Origin: Marsupella aquatica
Taxonomy: Eukaryota; Plantae; Marchantiophyta
Direction: 5' to 3'
DNA length: 64,000 nt
Assembly (NCBI GenBank): GCA_973895155.1
Contig: OZ316892.1
Location: 21,701,619 to 21,765,618, forward strand
Of the stretch, positions 12,870 through 26,542 are shown in pieces. How positions within the stretch are numbered: the stretch's first letter is position 1; the number at the start of each line of letters is the position of its first letter. The notes under the pieces are model-generated. The model searched no databases. It saw only the letters and a list, made by a program, of their open reading frames with translations, and had not been told where the DNA came from. Made by a program: the position numbers and the translations under genes.

Positions 12870-13973
12870 TTTTCTCATTGGCTACGGAGACGAATTGTTG
12901 TCCGATGGATTTTCAGACTAGGGTTTTGGCTTTCATATGCATTGCGTAAGTATCGCACAAACACAGCTAAGAAATGCTTTCAAGAAAACTCTTTACTCTC
13001 GTCTGCTTCATGAGAATGACTAAGGCTAGAATACCTGATATACCCGAGAACGCTTGTAGCTCAAATTTGCGGTAAATCGTCCAAATCGGTAAAGTATTGA
13101 GTCTTTACCTCAGGACAGACCTTGAGAAATCATTCCAGTGTTCTCATCTCAAATAATCCTATCATTCTTTTATTTCACTTGAGGTCTTACGAGAAGACCC
13201 CGAGTGCTCAAGGCTCGCGGGCGGACCAATTACTGCAAAACTTGTGTAATGTTGTAGTTTACATCATCACAAGAGTCCAGGCAGCCAGAAAGTCACTACC
13301 TGCGTCAAGAGCTACTGTAAGAGGTCGAAGTAGTACACGATCTAATGTGAAAAACGATCACGTCTGTTGGTGGTGTGGGAAAGCCAGATATCCTCCACTA
13401 ATGGAGAAAAGAAGATTGGCCCAAAGGTCATCTGGGAGGCCAGTGTGTTCTAACTTGCCAATTCTTTGGACTCCTGCGGAAATTCTTGATCCCTGAACTC
13501 AATGTAATCTATGTAAACTAAACCAAGCCCGATTTCTTCCTCATATTCCATCCCAGAATCAAGTCATCAAGTTTTCTTGAGACTGTCGGGCAATTGGGCT
13601 GAATAACAATACACATGTTTGAACAGCACAGTAAGACCACATATATCATTCCTGAGTATATCTTATAGTCAGGCAATTCATCCACATTCCACCAAAGTAG
13701 GCCAGAGGTCAGACCTGGACGCAGGCTCCCGCAGTAATGCTAGAAAAGAACATCTTCGTCGTCTTCAAGAATCAACTGAAGTTTGCCAAAGTAAAATCAT
13801 CCTACCACGATTGAGCCGATTAATTTCGACTTATCCAGAAACAGAACAAAAGCGCAGAATCATTTAGTCAAAAGTAATTTTTTTCTTCAGACAATTTCCA
13901 GATCAGGTAAGCAGCAGCCGACGTCATCATCAAATTTTGCGTTACCGAGTAATATAACAGAAACACTATACAT

Positions 13974-16116
13974 TTAGTCCACAGTTATCTCGTGAGACAA
14001 CTTCCAGATCCGGTAAGCAGCAGCCCACATTGTGAAGTTCCCCACCAATGTCAGGAAAGCTTGAAGAACCACCAGAATCTGTGCACGCGGAGATATCTTC
14101 TTAGTATTGTGCCACAGGCTCTTAAGTTCGTGGAAGCGAAGGCAACAAACAGCTTCAGCTATGACTCAGCGTTCTCTCCATACTGTGGTTCATGTTAGTG
14201 TTCCTGGTCCCTTATCTCCTTATTTTTCTTGCTAGTAGAATACCAATGAGATAATTCAATAGAGTCCAAGCCCTAAAGCATATTTATTACTAGGGCGAAT
14301 CCCAAGATGTCTCTCTAACATGACTTTCGATGTAAGTTTAGAATATCCCACCTCCAACGACTCGGCATTGTAAAAAAAGTGCCAAGTGCAAGCACACATT
14401 GCTCCACCCAAAAGTGGTACCTGCCAAAGAAATCAGCGTTTCACGTCTGAGAATTGCAAATTCTGTTACCAACACTAAAGAGCAGAGCTGTTCACGCAAC
14501 TTTGGATTGATACGCTGATTCAAAGTGAAGGTCTTAAGTACTTGACCAGGCCAGCCTATCGAATCCCCTTTCACTCATCTTTAAAATTTCTTCGTGATGA
14601 TGTGTATCGCTCTAAACAAGCTTCGACGCGGACGCTTTTATATGCTACAGGTACCACAAATGGAACACCGTCTCCGTGCTTACCATTCCCCAGGTGAGCC
14701 CTTTCCAGGCAGATTTGCCCTCAGTGTCTCCATACTTCCATACAAGAGCCATGGCCGTCACCCTGCGTAGGAACCAAATATCTGCCATACATCCATCAAC
14801 AATGGAAATCTAATAGGAAATACAATGGCCAAAAGGTTGCACCACCTTTCTTTCATACAACCGAAGAGCAAAGTTTGCATATATTAAAAAACTAAGATCT
14901 TCAGAGTAAACCAGGAGGCTCTCGCGGTCAGACATATATGACACTAGACGCTTTTGAGAGAATAGAACAGCTCAAATGCGATGGTCGAAACTGTTTCAAC
15001 ACCCCTTTTGTAAGCCTATCCTCAGCACCATCAATTTAATATGCAAGGAAGTAGGCACAACTAGTAGCCCGAACACCTTCTATATCCTTCTTAGATATAG
15101 ATTAAATACCCGAGGGATGAATTTAATCAAAGACCAAACGATGGCTACGAAAGGTGGTGCCCTCAATTCATTTACTTCGTCACTCCTCGCAACTTTCAGC
15201 ACCTATCGTGCCATTGCCCCAGGACACAAGTGAATCTATTCCATTGGGCGTCTGAAGCTAGCTCAATTGATATATGACGACCAAGGAGATAAATATTAAG
15301 CGCACAAGACGAAGGAGCAAATAAGGCCTAAACTCAGGCCCCCAGTATCTCAAGTGCAGGAACCCTTGTGATTCCAAGCCTCATCTATTTAACCAACTTA
15401 GGGCTACGAGAAGTGCGTGCCATACATTGCTTGACTTCGCTCTCGGCGGCTCTAAGCACTTTTTTGTGCCAATGCCCCAGGAGACAGTGACTTTCTTCAA
15501 TTCGATTCTGCTGCAGAATAAAGTGGCCTGTATACGACCAAGGAAAGTCAGCAAACAACATGAGCAAGGGAGGAACTTACCACTCAACAACGCTCGCTAC
15601 ATGAATTACCCAGGTTGGCAAGGACAGAGCATTTGATGGCTCGGCTCCGGCGAAAGTAACAACTGTGGGAAAGCTCGATTCCTTCACTGCTATTGCTGCC
15701 GACGACGCCTCTGGAAACTGTAACGCGCAGGCCAGCAAACCAAGGCCTCCAAGCACCGTGGAATACATCTCAACATCGCCATTCTTGGATTCCCCGAAGA
15801 ATGTGGGCGGAGAAGTGGAAGAATCAAAGCCCGCTGCATCTTCATGATCCAAAACTGGGCTAGGAGAGGTAGATTGGGGAAATTGGGCAGAGGAGTAACG
15901 GGATTGCTGGCACAGACGGTGCACAGGACGGAGATACTTTCTCCAATCTCTCGAGCTACGGACCCTCTTCGAGACGAATTGATGATCAAGGTGCAGAGCA
16001 TTGCTAACAGATTGAGAACGGTGGAGAAACTCCTTTCCTCCAGCTGAAGATTGCTGAACGGGACATGTTCGCCTCACAGCCAAATGGAGAGGGAGGATCG
16101 CTGCTGCTGCCATCAT
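13974..16116 (-). CDS. Ycf49/DUF2499-like plastid membrane protein with N-terminal transit peptide, ~262 aa, 4 exons
   Basis: Exons 16116-15581, 14762-14684, 14420-14352 and 14078-13974. They give NALSLPTWVIHVASVVEWVTAMALVWKYG...WKGLTWGMVPLLGGAMCACTWHFFYNAESLEILVVLQAFLTLVGNFTMWAAAYRIW, the Ycf49 family signature. Confidence 0.9.
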
Positions 16117-16723
16117 AAATCGTTCCTCTGGCTGCAGCTTTCCGACGAGTGATGGCTGCAGACTACAACTTACTGCTCACCTTGAAATTTGGATCCATGC
16201 TCTTGTAGAGAGCGATTCATCACTACTCACTAGCTTGGAAGACTATATAAAGTTAGTTATCCTATATTTTTTTGGCCTTGGAAATCACGTTTATGAAGAT
16301 GGGTATGTAAGTTATTACAGTCACGGTTACCGAGGAACATAATAATGATGTGAAAGGAGAATATTATCTGTTGGGATGGAGGGAGGATTGATATATGTCA
16401 AGGCCCCAGGCCATGAGCACCATAGATTAGTAACTTTGTATACATCGACTATAAACAGTGTAACATGCAGTCCTGCTCTTTATCTGTAATGGTTTGTTTA
16501 GGGAATGTCATTTATGTGGAAAACCTTCATGACCATTCAACTATGGTGACACTTTTTCCTACCTATGAGATAGGCCTAAAGATCCCACTGCGCAAAGCAC
16601 TTTGCGCACTCCTTGAAATCTAACTTGTCGACTCCTTGCAGGGTCTAAGTGCCTGGTCATCTCACTTATATTCAACAGCACTTTGATTAACATCACTTAC
16701 TATTGACGATATGAAAAGTCCCC

Positions 16724-17810
16724 GCTCCCCCTAAGTGCAGACACGGAGTACCATGACACGAGTTCCTGTTCCTTTGCCCATCAAATAACGATTTCAAAGG
16801 TTTTTTCCAGTGCAAAATAGTCATCTCAATCACAACACGCCTAAAAAACCAAATCTCCATGCCTCCATGGTCACAACCACGTTGACAGGACCTCTTCATC
16901 TCCTCTGTTTCAGTCACCACACCATGGCCTGACCACCATTTTTGTAAAAGAAGTGTGGATCAGGTAGGCTAAAACACAAGGGACCTCTCAATTTTTATCC
17001 TCTTTTCATGTAAAGCCCCCCATAAGTGCACACAATCGATCCTGTAAAGCTCCCCGACCCCAACTCCCCCATCAGGACACAAAAGTAGCACCTTCGCACA
17101 CAAGGAGTACTGTGACACTGTAAAATCCCTGTGTCCAACACACAAGTGACCTCTCAATTTTTGCCCTCTCCTTGTAGAGCCCCCCATCAGTACACACAAG
17201 GAGTGCCGTGACACTGTGAAACCCCGGTTCCCTGTGTCCATCACACAACTGTGACCTCTCGAATTTGTCCTCTCCTTGTAACGCCCCCATCAGTGCACAC
17301 AAGTAGTGTCGTGACACTGTATAACCCCTGCTCCCTGTGTCTTACAAAGCTGGATTATTTCATCTCATTACACATGCTTATTCCAAAGCTTTATCATTTC
17401 TGGGATCTGGGTCCGTAATTCACTCTTTAGAACCAATTGTAGGATACCATCCAAATAAGAGTCAAAATATGATTTTTATGGGTGGTTTGAGAAAACATCC
17501 ATCACACAAGTGACCTCTCACCTTTTGTCCTCTCCATGTCAAGCCCCTCCATAAGTGCACACAAGGAGTGTCGTGACACCGGTTCCCTGTGTCCATCACT
17601 GGAAGTGAACTCTCAATTTTTGTCCTCTCCTTGTCAAGCCCCCCCCCCCCCCCATAAGTGCAAACACGGAGTGCCGTGACAATGTGACACCCTTGTTCCT
17701 GTGTCCATCGAGTAACACAGTGTCAAACGTTTGTTCCACTTCTTGACAGTCATCTCAATGACAACACGCCCTAAACCAGAATCGCCACGCCGCGACCGCC
17801 ACAACCACAA
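16724..17810. repeat. Diverged ~100-110-bp tandem/dispersed repeat cluster between the divergent Ycf49-like and eIF3e genes
   Basis: Unit ~acacaagtgacctctcaatttttgtcctctccttgt..ccccc.ataagtgcacacaaggagtgccgtgacac..ttccctgtgtccatc at ~16974, 17140, 17243, 17503 and 17598, plus half-units at ~16724 and ~17095. Confidence 0.85.
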
Positions 17811-18137
17811 CACACGACAGACGACAGCAATAACATCGAATGCAAGACGAAGAGAATTCAGGCACCTTCACCATCCATTCCCTTCATTCGTCGAGCCGTT
17901 CTTGCCGCAAACACAATCTGTCACCCGTCCTCCTCCCAGAGTGCTGCAAAGTATTAGGTTTCCCTCTCATTCACCACTCTTGAAGCCGCCGGGCAAGAGC
18001 GTCGTGGAAAAGGGTATCGTAGAAATCATTTTCCGCTCCTCCTGGCAGATGCAGCTAGTTCGATGAAATCGGAAGCACTTGTCGCACAATTTCTCGAAGA
18101 GATATCGGTTGAACGACAGCAGTAGTGAGGAGAAGGG

Positions 18138-21100
18138 ATGGCGCAGTACGATCTCACGGCCAAGGTGGCACCCTACCTGGATCGCCACCTGGTGTTTCCG
18201 CTGCTAGAGTTTCTGCAAGACAAGCAGTTGTATGCCGACGACCAGATTCTGAAGGCGAAGATCGAGCTGCTGGCGAAGACGAATATGGTCGATTATGCGA
18301 TGGATATCCATAAGAGCCTGTATCACACGGAGGACGTACCTGCAGGTTGGTTGTGTTGTTGGCCGGTCGTGTCACTCTGGGTAGAGTAACTTCTGTTGTT
18401 TTCAATCAGTCGGTTCAAATTAGTTAGAGGCGGCGGATGGAACTGCTGAATGCCATGTTCGGATACCCTCCAGCACTTCATGGTCCTTATGTAGTACGTT
18501 AATTGTATTGGAACCTAAAACCTAAGTCAGACATAGTAGATGGCTTTAGCTTAGGCCGCACACAGAGTTAGCTGAAGCTTCTCCCCTGCACTATCACACC
18601 CCTTCATGGAGTATATGCTATGGGAATTTTTTTTTCAGTAGGTGCATTGCTTGACTTCGTCGGGGAGGTAGCTTCTTTGCAGTAGCTAGTAGCACAAATA
18701 GATTATGAAAAAGGGGTTAAGTTTTTGAAGCACGGGTCTCAGGGTTCGCAGAGCATCTTATGAAGGTTTTGCCTCTCGTCTGTTTTTCTAGAAATGGTGG
18801 AAAGGCGATCGGAAGTCGTGCAGAGGCTAAAGTCCCTGGAAGAATTGGCTGCCCCGCTTATCAGTTTCCTTCAAAACCCTCAATTAGTTCAGGAGCTTCG
18901 ATCCGACAAGCAGTTCAACCTTCAAATGTTGCAGGAGCGATACAAGGTCAGTGGTAGTTGGGTTCTTTACAACGTTTTTCTAGCATCTACATTTCCGTCC
19001 TGCCTTTGCCTGCTATGGACCTTTCTGGTGTTTCTTCAGCAAATACGTCAGTTCCCATATGTGATTTCGACAACGAAATTTAATGGAATGCGGATTTGTG
19101 TGAATAATAATTGAATGGAGCCGTGTCTTTGAATTGTAGTCATGTTCACTGCCATTTTCTCGGCAGGAGTTGTGTCATTGATCTAAGTTGACAACCTCAT
19201 TCACGAATGTTCTATAACAAGGTCACTGATACTCTTTCGGCGCGTTGGAAAATGGGTTTCTGTCATGAAGATTGGCTCGGAGCAGATCGAGGCATTATAC
19301 CAGTATGCTAAGTTCCAGTTTGAATGTGGGAATTACTCTGGAGCATCAGACTACTTGTACCAGTACCGAACTTTGTGTACGAACAGTGACCGGAGTTTTA
19401 GCGCTTTGTGGGGAAAGCTTGCCGCGGAAGTTTTGATGCAAAATTGGGATGTAGCGATTGAGGAGTTAAATCGCTTAAAAGAGATCATTGATTCAAAGGT
19501 GTTCACCTCCCCTCGCTTGTATGTGGCCCTCATTAGCTGTTTTCTCAGTAAAATCCCTTCGCTCTGTCAGTAGTGTGTGACATTGTTGCTTTGTTGCTGT
19601 AGAACTTCTCATCCCCGCTGAATCAGTTGCAGCAACGAACTTGGTTGATGCACTGGTCCCTTTTCATTTTCTTCAACCATGAAAACGGGCGAAATAGTAT
19701 CATTGACCTGTTCTTCAACGATAGGTAAGTCTTTTGCCCAGCATTTCTTGTCATCGCCACATTCTACTAACTGGCTGTTATCTATCTCCCTTTTCATGCC
19801 TCTCATAGGCTGCACGGAGGGATAGTAAATGTCGTGGGAGGCGAGTGTTGCACGCCCTCAATCCTCTCCAAGCTCGGAGCTTGGTGTCTGCCACACGTCT
19901 GAGCAATTGAGGAAGACGTTCTAAAAGAATTTTAAGCATTTTGAATGGCCAAGGGCATCGTTGAGTGTCCATTCAGAGTCCTTGTGTACACTTGTTGAAG
20001 ATTATTTTATCTGTAAAGCAGCACTTCCCGTGAAAGCTCGGGTAGATGCTGATGAAAGGGAGACTCGGATCCCATCTGTATAATTGCACCTCTGGTTTGC
20101 ACTCTCAATTAGGTTCCCTATGAATATGCTTGCTTCTCGCCTGTTTGTATTGTCAAATGCTTCCATTGCCATCATTACCAGTGTCAGGGGTGGATGTATA
20201 TCTGAAATGTGTGTTATCTGTCGAAGAAGATACTCATTATCCGTATTAAAATTGGGTGTTATCGGGTAATTCAACTTGTGGACGGTCAAACTTAGGGCCG
20301 CTCTTGACAAACGTTTCCTTGATCACAGGTACTTGAATGCGATTCAGACAAATGCACACCACCTACTTCGTTATTTAGCAGCAGCAGTCATTGTCAACAA
20401 GAGGAGAAGGAACATGTTAAAAGAGCTCATTAAAGTGATCCAGCAGGAGCACTACACCTACAGGGACCCAATTACTGAGTTTTTGGAGTGTTTATATGTA
20501 AATTATGACTTTGAAGGTGCACAGCAAAAGCTGCGTGAATGTGAGGAGGTCAGTTTATCTGCTATCAGTGTTTTCTCCTCTCTAAGCTACGTTGATGAGT
20601 TCAATCGTGTGTTTGTTCTCATGTGCATCCTTGCTGTTTGTAAGAGAGCTGAATTTATTCAAGGTGATGTGTGCTGGATGATTTCCCTTGTCGAGCTAAT
20701 GTGGTCTCTTGTGTCTCCTCCCGCAATATCCTCCTCTTCCCTTTCTTTTATTTGATGATACAGTAACCTTGTCAAGGCCTTCAAATACTGCTAATAGACG
20801 ACACTGAACTGTCTTTCTTGCTGGATAGACCAATCTAGGTATTTGGACTATTACAGGGGGTGCTTTTAGTGGAAGCATGGTCTGACAATCGAATAACCTC
20901 TTTGCAGTTAATTTTGAACGACTTTTTTCTTGGAAAGCAATCACAAGAGAATGGATTCGTTACGATTCCTCTGAGGGATGAGTTTCTGGAGAATGCCAGG
21001 CTGTTCATATTTGAAACATACTGCAGGATACATCAGTGTATCGACATCGGGTATGTTACTGCCCTTCGTTTGTCCTTGAATTACGCCGACTTCCTGCCGA

Positions 21101-21686
21101 CTGCCGTATCTAGAGTTCCGTGGTTTTTGTCTCGAGTTCTAAGTTTTGTAGAAAGTTTGGCCGTATCTAGAGTTCCATGGTTTTTGTCTAGAGTGCTAGT
21201 TTTGTGGAAAGTGTGGAGGCTTCAGTTGGTTGATGTGACTGTCCAGAACATTTTTGGATGCAGTCCTAGAACCCCATAGCTTTGTGTAAGTTTTCTGGCT
21301 TTGCTGACAAATAGTCGACCAAACAGGATGTTGTCACAGAAGTTGAATATGAACTATGATGACGCTGAGCGCTGGATTGTGAACTTGATCCGGAATGCAC
21401 GATTGGATGCAAAAATTGACTCAAAGGAGGGGACCGTCGTAATGGGAACACAATATCCAAATGTGTAAGTATTTCTGAGTCTCAGCGAATTAGTGATGGA
21501 CCTCATCTTAGATGGCTTCTTGGATTGAATTAGTGTTACGAATTCATGACCATGTGGAAGTTAATACTATCTTTGTCCATGTTCAGGTATGAGCAAATCA
21601 TTGAGAAGACTAAGCAGTTAGCAATCCGAAGCTACGTGCTAGCAAACACTGTGGCCGCCACCGCCACAACCACCCCGGCTCGCTAG
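18138..21686 (+). CDS. eIF3e: Eukaryotic translation initiation factor 3 subunit E (INT6, PCI domain), 437 aa, 8 exons
   Basis: Exons 18138-18345, 18792-18946, 19271-19498, 19603-19724, 20329-20548, 20908-21050, 21327-21464 and 21587-21686. Motifs [70 protein letters not shown] and [20 protein letters not shown]. Confidence 0.97.
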
Positions 21687-23789
21687 CCCATTGATGCGAA
21701 TCTTTTCCTGCCCAGATGCTTCCTGTTTTTGATCTCCTGGATTGGGAATTCACAAAGGATTGATCGTGTTCTCAACCATCGCATATTCTTTATGCTGGGC
21801 AGAGGTTGTGTCCCTGAAGGGGGATGCTTGTGCTGGAATGTAAATTTGAAGAGATCTACATTTTAACACCTCTTTCTCTCATATTTAGTGAGGGTATCGG
21901 CTTGTATCTCAGCCAGATGTTCAGTGCCGTCCCTTCCTTAGGATATCTCTGGCGTCAAGCTGGCAACGGTAATGTGATGATTTTAACAAAAGAGTGAATT
22001 GGGTTCATACACATGAGTGAAGCTGGTGTTCATGATTTGAAAAGCACATAGAGATTCTCGTTCAAGTTTAAATCAAGTATACCGAGAAAGTGCACCTGTA
22101 GATGGTTTAGCAACAATTAGCACAGACCGTTCGAGATCAAGGATGGAAACCATTTGAGAAACACAATAGGAATGAGAAAGTTTGAAAGAATGCCGAAGCC
22201 TAGCTATACTACGAGAGAGTTTAAAGTGCCTAAGCCTAGCCATACTCGTGAGGGCTTCACTAAAAGAGCGTGGAATAACGTAGACCGATCCCAACCTTAA
22301 CCTGCAGGCCTCCAAAGTCTCCAGCTAGGCCAAGAAGGTATCTGGGCGGCTTAGTTTGAAGTTTTACTTATAGCCAATTGTTAATACAATTGGAAAGGAA
22401 CAAAAGTCTCATCATTCTCTCCTCATGGTGAACGGAAACACAGACCATAAGCGTAGAACCATCATAATTGTAGACAAGGGTTATATACAGCAACCTTCAT
22501 AGAATATGATGTTACTTTCTAGTATGACTATTTTGTAATCAATTTTACTTTGAAATGTTGTAAACGAGCTAGAATGCTTTGTATGCAACATTATACCCGT
22601 CTGTTTCACCTGTTCTGAAGAGTTTAACAAATCTCAAATGTATTGTGAGATATGTGTTGTATACACATGTTATGTGTAAAATTCAGGGCCTGTATTATAT
22701 ATAGTTTTCCGGTCAAATAATGCTAGCTTAATTAAGTGAGGATAGGAAACCACAATAGAATGGAACAAAAATATTTGAGGGGAACATTTAATTATTATTT
22801 TGTGGAGAGTGAATTTAATTCCTGGGAGTGGTGTACTTTTTAATGTGATTGGTTTTCCTTTTATTTTCCTCCTGTTAGGGTGGGTCCGGGGTGGAGGATT
22901 AAGGGTGTTAAAGGGGAGGAACACAAAAGGAACGGGGATGGGGACATTGTGCTTTTTAAAATTCTTCTACTTTTTTCTTGGGATAAGGGGCTACACTGGT
23001 GAATGAATGGCATCTTTTGGTGAGATGGTTCTTTAGTGTGTCTTTTAAGGAATAATATGGGTACAAACTAATAACAAAAACTCCAAGTCCTGTGTACCAG
23101 GCCAAACAGGTAATGGTCCGTGCATTGTTGAGTGCAAGTCTCAATGATCTTTTATTGTAAGCAAATGATCCTTGACACTATAAATTTGTCCAACATTGTA
23201 GAGTGAAAGTACTACAACTGCTCTTCTTCTTAACAAAACCAGGTGCATGTGTAGCTATGTTCAGTCGGCCATGACTGACCCCCTAGCTCACCCCCTAGGC
23301 CAAGGCGGGGTGCATTGCAAAAGTACTTACAGATGAAAACTATTTCACAAATCCAAAAAGCTCACCTTCCACAGTTGATTTTCAAACATGTACTATTGAT
23401 TGTAATATTTTTGAATGAAATTCTAATCTACAATTCTATATTCAATCTAAAGTGTACTATTTGACCAGAAAATTTGAGGCAAAACCATCTCACTAAGATA
23501 GTAATATTCTCTCAAATCTTTACAAATGTAAAAATGAAAAAACATAAACATTAATACTATGTCCTGTACTATGTCTAAGGAACTTTGCTATAAAGAGACT
23601 TTATATTTAGGGAGGTATTTCCTTTTGTCCACTTCCAATAGATTTTCTTTTTAAATAAAATTTTAAGATCAACCATTGCCTCACACCTCTTAATAGAACA
23701 AGACATTAAATTTAAATCAAGAAATTTACAGAAAATCAATCAATCAGGAAAATGACAAGCTATGGCATCCTGGTGGATACATTGGCATG

Positions 23790-24420
23790 GGTTAATGTGT
23801 TTTTTGGCCCCAGTTGTAACTTATAAACTTGACCAGGCTACAAGTTAAGGCATGATTGGTGTACACACAGTCACCTGCAAGGGTTGGTATAGTGTCTGAC
23901 CGCAATTGTAACTATTTAATCATTTGCTAAGGCGACAAGTTAAGGCATTATGGTACACCTCTCCCGTGCCTGTCAGTCAGCCGAGCTCCGAGTGCTGCCA
24001 TTTGATGCAGCATGCAAATGCAGCTGCCATCACAATCCACATGATCTCTCAAATAATGTGTTCAAAAGATAGCCTTCTCTTCTCTGCTTCTTTGTTTGCC
24101 TCTCTCTGAATTCATTCGACAGTCAGTGACCCACCAGTGGTCATGCAAGAGAGCATGAGAAGACAGATTGATGACACATTGCAAAGATCCATGTACTGTT
24201 TGGCCCCATTTGTCACATGAAAATGAACAAGGTTACAAGTCAAGGCATTTTAATGCACACATCCGCAAGGGTTGATGTACTGTTTGACCTACAATTGGTA
24301 AGGCTATAAGTTAGGCAAAAAGTTAAGATTATAAGTGACTTGGTGCATTATCATTCTTAACTTATTACACATTCGCAAGGGTTGGTGTATCATTTGACCC
24401 CAGTTGCAACTTTACAATTA
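23790..24420. repeat. Old, diverged ~120-bp repeat units (probable non-autonomous TE interior)
   Basis: Recurrent motifs gcaagggttg, tttgaccc/tttggcccc, acaagttaaggcat, roughly four times. Boundaries approximate. Confidence 0.55.
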
Positions 24421-25685
24421 TAATGAATGGTTGACATGTCAATAAGCTCACCACTAATATACCGTCACTTGAGCATATATTCTCATAATAAGTTTTTACA
24501 CTTAAACATGCACAACTTAGATGGCCTAAATTATAAATTTGGCTTTGACTAGTTTATCCTAAGTTGGTACAGTTTCCTAATTTTTAATTTGCAACTTAGA
24601 ACTCCGTTTGAGCTTACACTTCTTAACCCCAGATTCCCCTAGCTTTTCTCTATCTCTCTGCAAAGAATCAGCTCATTTGGTTGAGTACTAGGGTAGTAAA
24701 TTAATGTGGGCTTTTCTCCAAACTTACAAATTTGCAAAAGTCTCCAACTCTACCCTTAAAACATTGACTTTTAGTGTTCTCTATAGTATCAGCTAGGCAA
24801 ATTTTTCTGTTTTTTCAGCCCCTTAATTAAGAAAATACACCTTGGACATTTTTAAATACCCATGTAAAGAAATTTCTACTATTATTCAGCAAATGTATCC
24901 ATCAAGTTCACCTCATCACCATGGGCTCCTCACAAGTCTCACGCTTGAAAGAAACCATGAAATTCACCACAATCCTTGCAAATACAGTCACAACACTAAA
25001 ACAGTAGAACTTCATAGATATAATCAGCCTTCACAATAAAAAAAGCCTGCCCTTAGACTCAAAAACAATTTTGTGGTCACCTGTGTGCTGCATGGATTTA
25101 AATGGCTCTACCAAAAGGTTATCTTTGCAGCCTTGTTGACATATCATCCAACAGAATTTTTCAAAAAGAAACTCAACAATGTTCCATGTTCTTTACCTAG
25201 CAATAGCATCATGCCTGACAATTCTGACTCACCACACTCCATTAGAGCCAAATTAGGGTAGAGAATTGAGCTGAACTGAGCTGAAAACTAGATGCACATA
25301 GAATCAAGTTGAACACAGTTGAAAACCACCTAAACCAAGCAAAACACCTCTGGGTCTCCACATATTGAGTAATCTAGAGTGAGATGAAAAGATGATACTT
25401 TGAGCCACCTTATAGCAACAGCAGCAAGTTCATTCTCTCCCAAAGTCAAATGCCAAGCCCCTACTCTTGGGGATGTGTGATAAGTTCAGGATTGTAAGGT
25501 TCATAACAACACTGATCAAAATAACAATTTTGCATCAATAATCACCCAACCCAAATTTTGCACCCACAAATGTGACTACATAATTGACCCACTTTGAACA
25601 ATAACTCGTCTTTGTCTCACTTGCAATTCTTTACTTCACCTGAATATTTCTGTTCAATGAGATAGGGGAGGGAGAGCAATAGTCA

Positions 25686-26299
25686 AGAGCTTTTTACAAA
25701 CCTATCGGGAAACCTATCCCCCAAATTGAACGTAATTATCAACTTGTCCTCCAAACTATTTTAATTACTAAGTCGACCCCATTTTTGAATGTGAGTTACT
25801 GTCTTGTACTTTTAACTTGAAGTCGTTCCCCATTGGTCGCCTGCCATGTGACAAGGCGCCATTCACCAAGCCAAACCCCGGCCGGTTCTACCCTGGCTAA
25901 CCCAGACCGACTCACTCCCGTTATGACAATATAGGGAGTACCTGGCTAGCAAAGGGAAGGAAGGGGTGGCCCTGTTGTTAGGCCTGCCTTTGCAGGTAAG
26001 ATGGGTGGGGACGAAGCTGGGGTCGGGGCTACCTTAGTGCAGCATGAGGGAGCCAGCCCAGTACTCCCTAAATCATAAAAACGGGAATAAGTCAGCCCCG
26101 GTTAAGATAGAACCAACCAGTATTCCGCCTGGCATATACCACCTTGCCATGTGGCAGGCAACCAATGCGGAATGACCTTGGGTGAAATAGAGGAGTTAGA
26201 GTAACCAATATTAAAAAAGGGGGTTGACTTAAGAATTAAAATAGTTCGGGGACAGGTTGATAATTACGGTCAATTTGGGAGATAGGTTAATAAAAAGCT
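25686..26299. mobile_element. Mutator-like foldback MITE (~610 bp) with ~270-bp imperfect TIRs
   Basis: Left arm gctttttacaaacc..ccaaattgaacgtaattatcaac..aactattttaatt..cattggtcgcctgcca is the reverse complement of right arm tggcaggcaaccaatg..aattaaaatagtt..gttgataattacggtcaatttgg..aaaaagc. Flanking direct repeat GCAATAGTCA at 25676-25685 and 26300-26309; 9-11-bp TSDs are typical of MULEs. Confidence 0.85.
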
Positions 26300-26542
26300 G
26301 CAATAGTCATTTCAAAACAGTGTACTACCCAATTGAAAGTATTATTGTGTAACATTTTTTATTTTTTTATTTTTTATTTTTAATATATGAGCAGTGATTG
26401 CATGATGAATTCTAGGCCACAATGACCACTTGGCTGCAAGAATACTAGGCCACAATGACCACTTGGCTGCAAGAATCTGATGGCCACAACAATTGCATTA
26501 TCATAACATAATGGCCACAAAAACACATAACATGCTTTAATT

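Noticed and set aside
13122-13496. ORF with RGRSSTRS...VCWWCGK resembling a gag zinc knuckle
   Set aside because: The His and last Cys are missing and there are no other retroelement motifs nearby.
20590-20810. TGATGA/CTGA pairs in eIF3e intron 5 as intronic snoRNAs
   Set aside because: Too short, no terminal stems, and no recognisable guide sequence.
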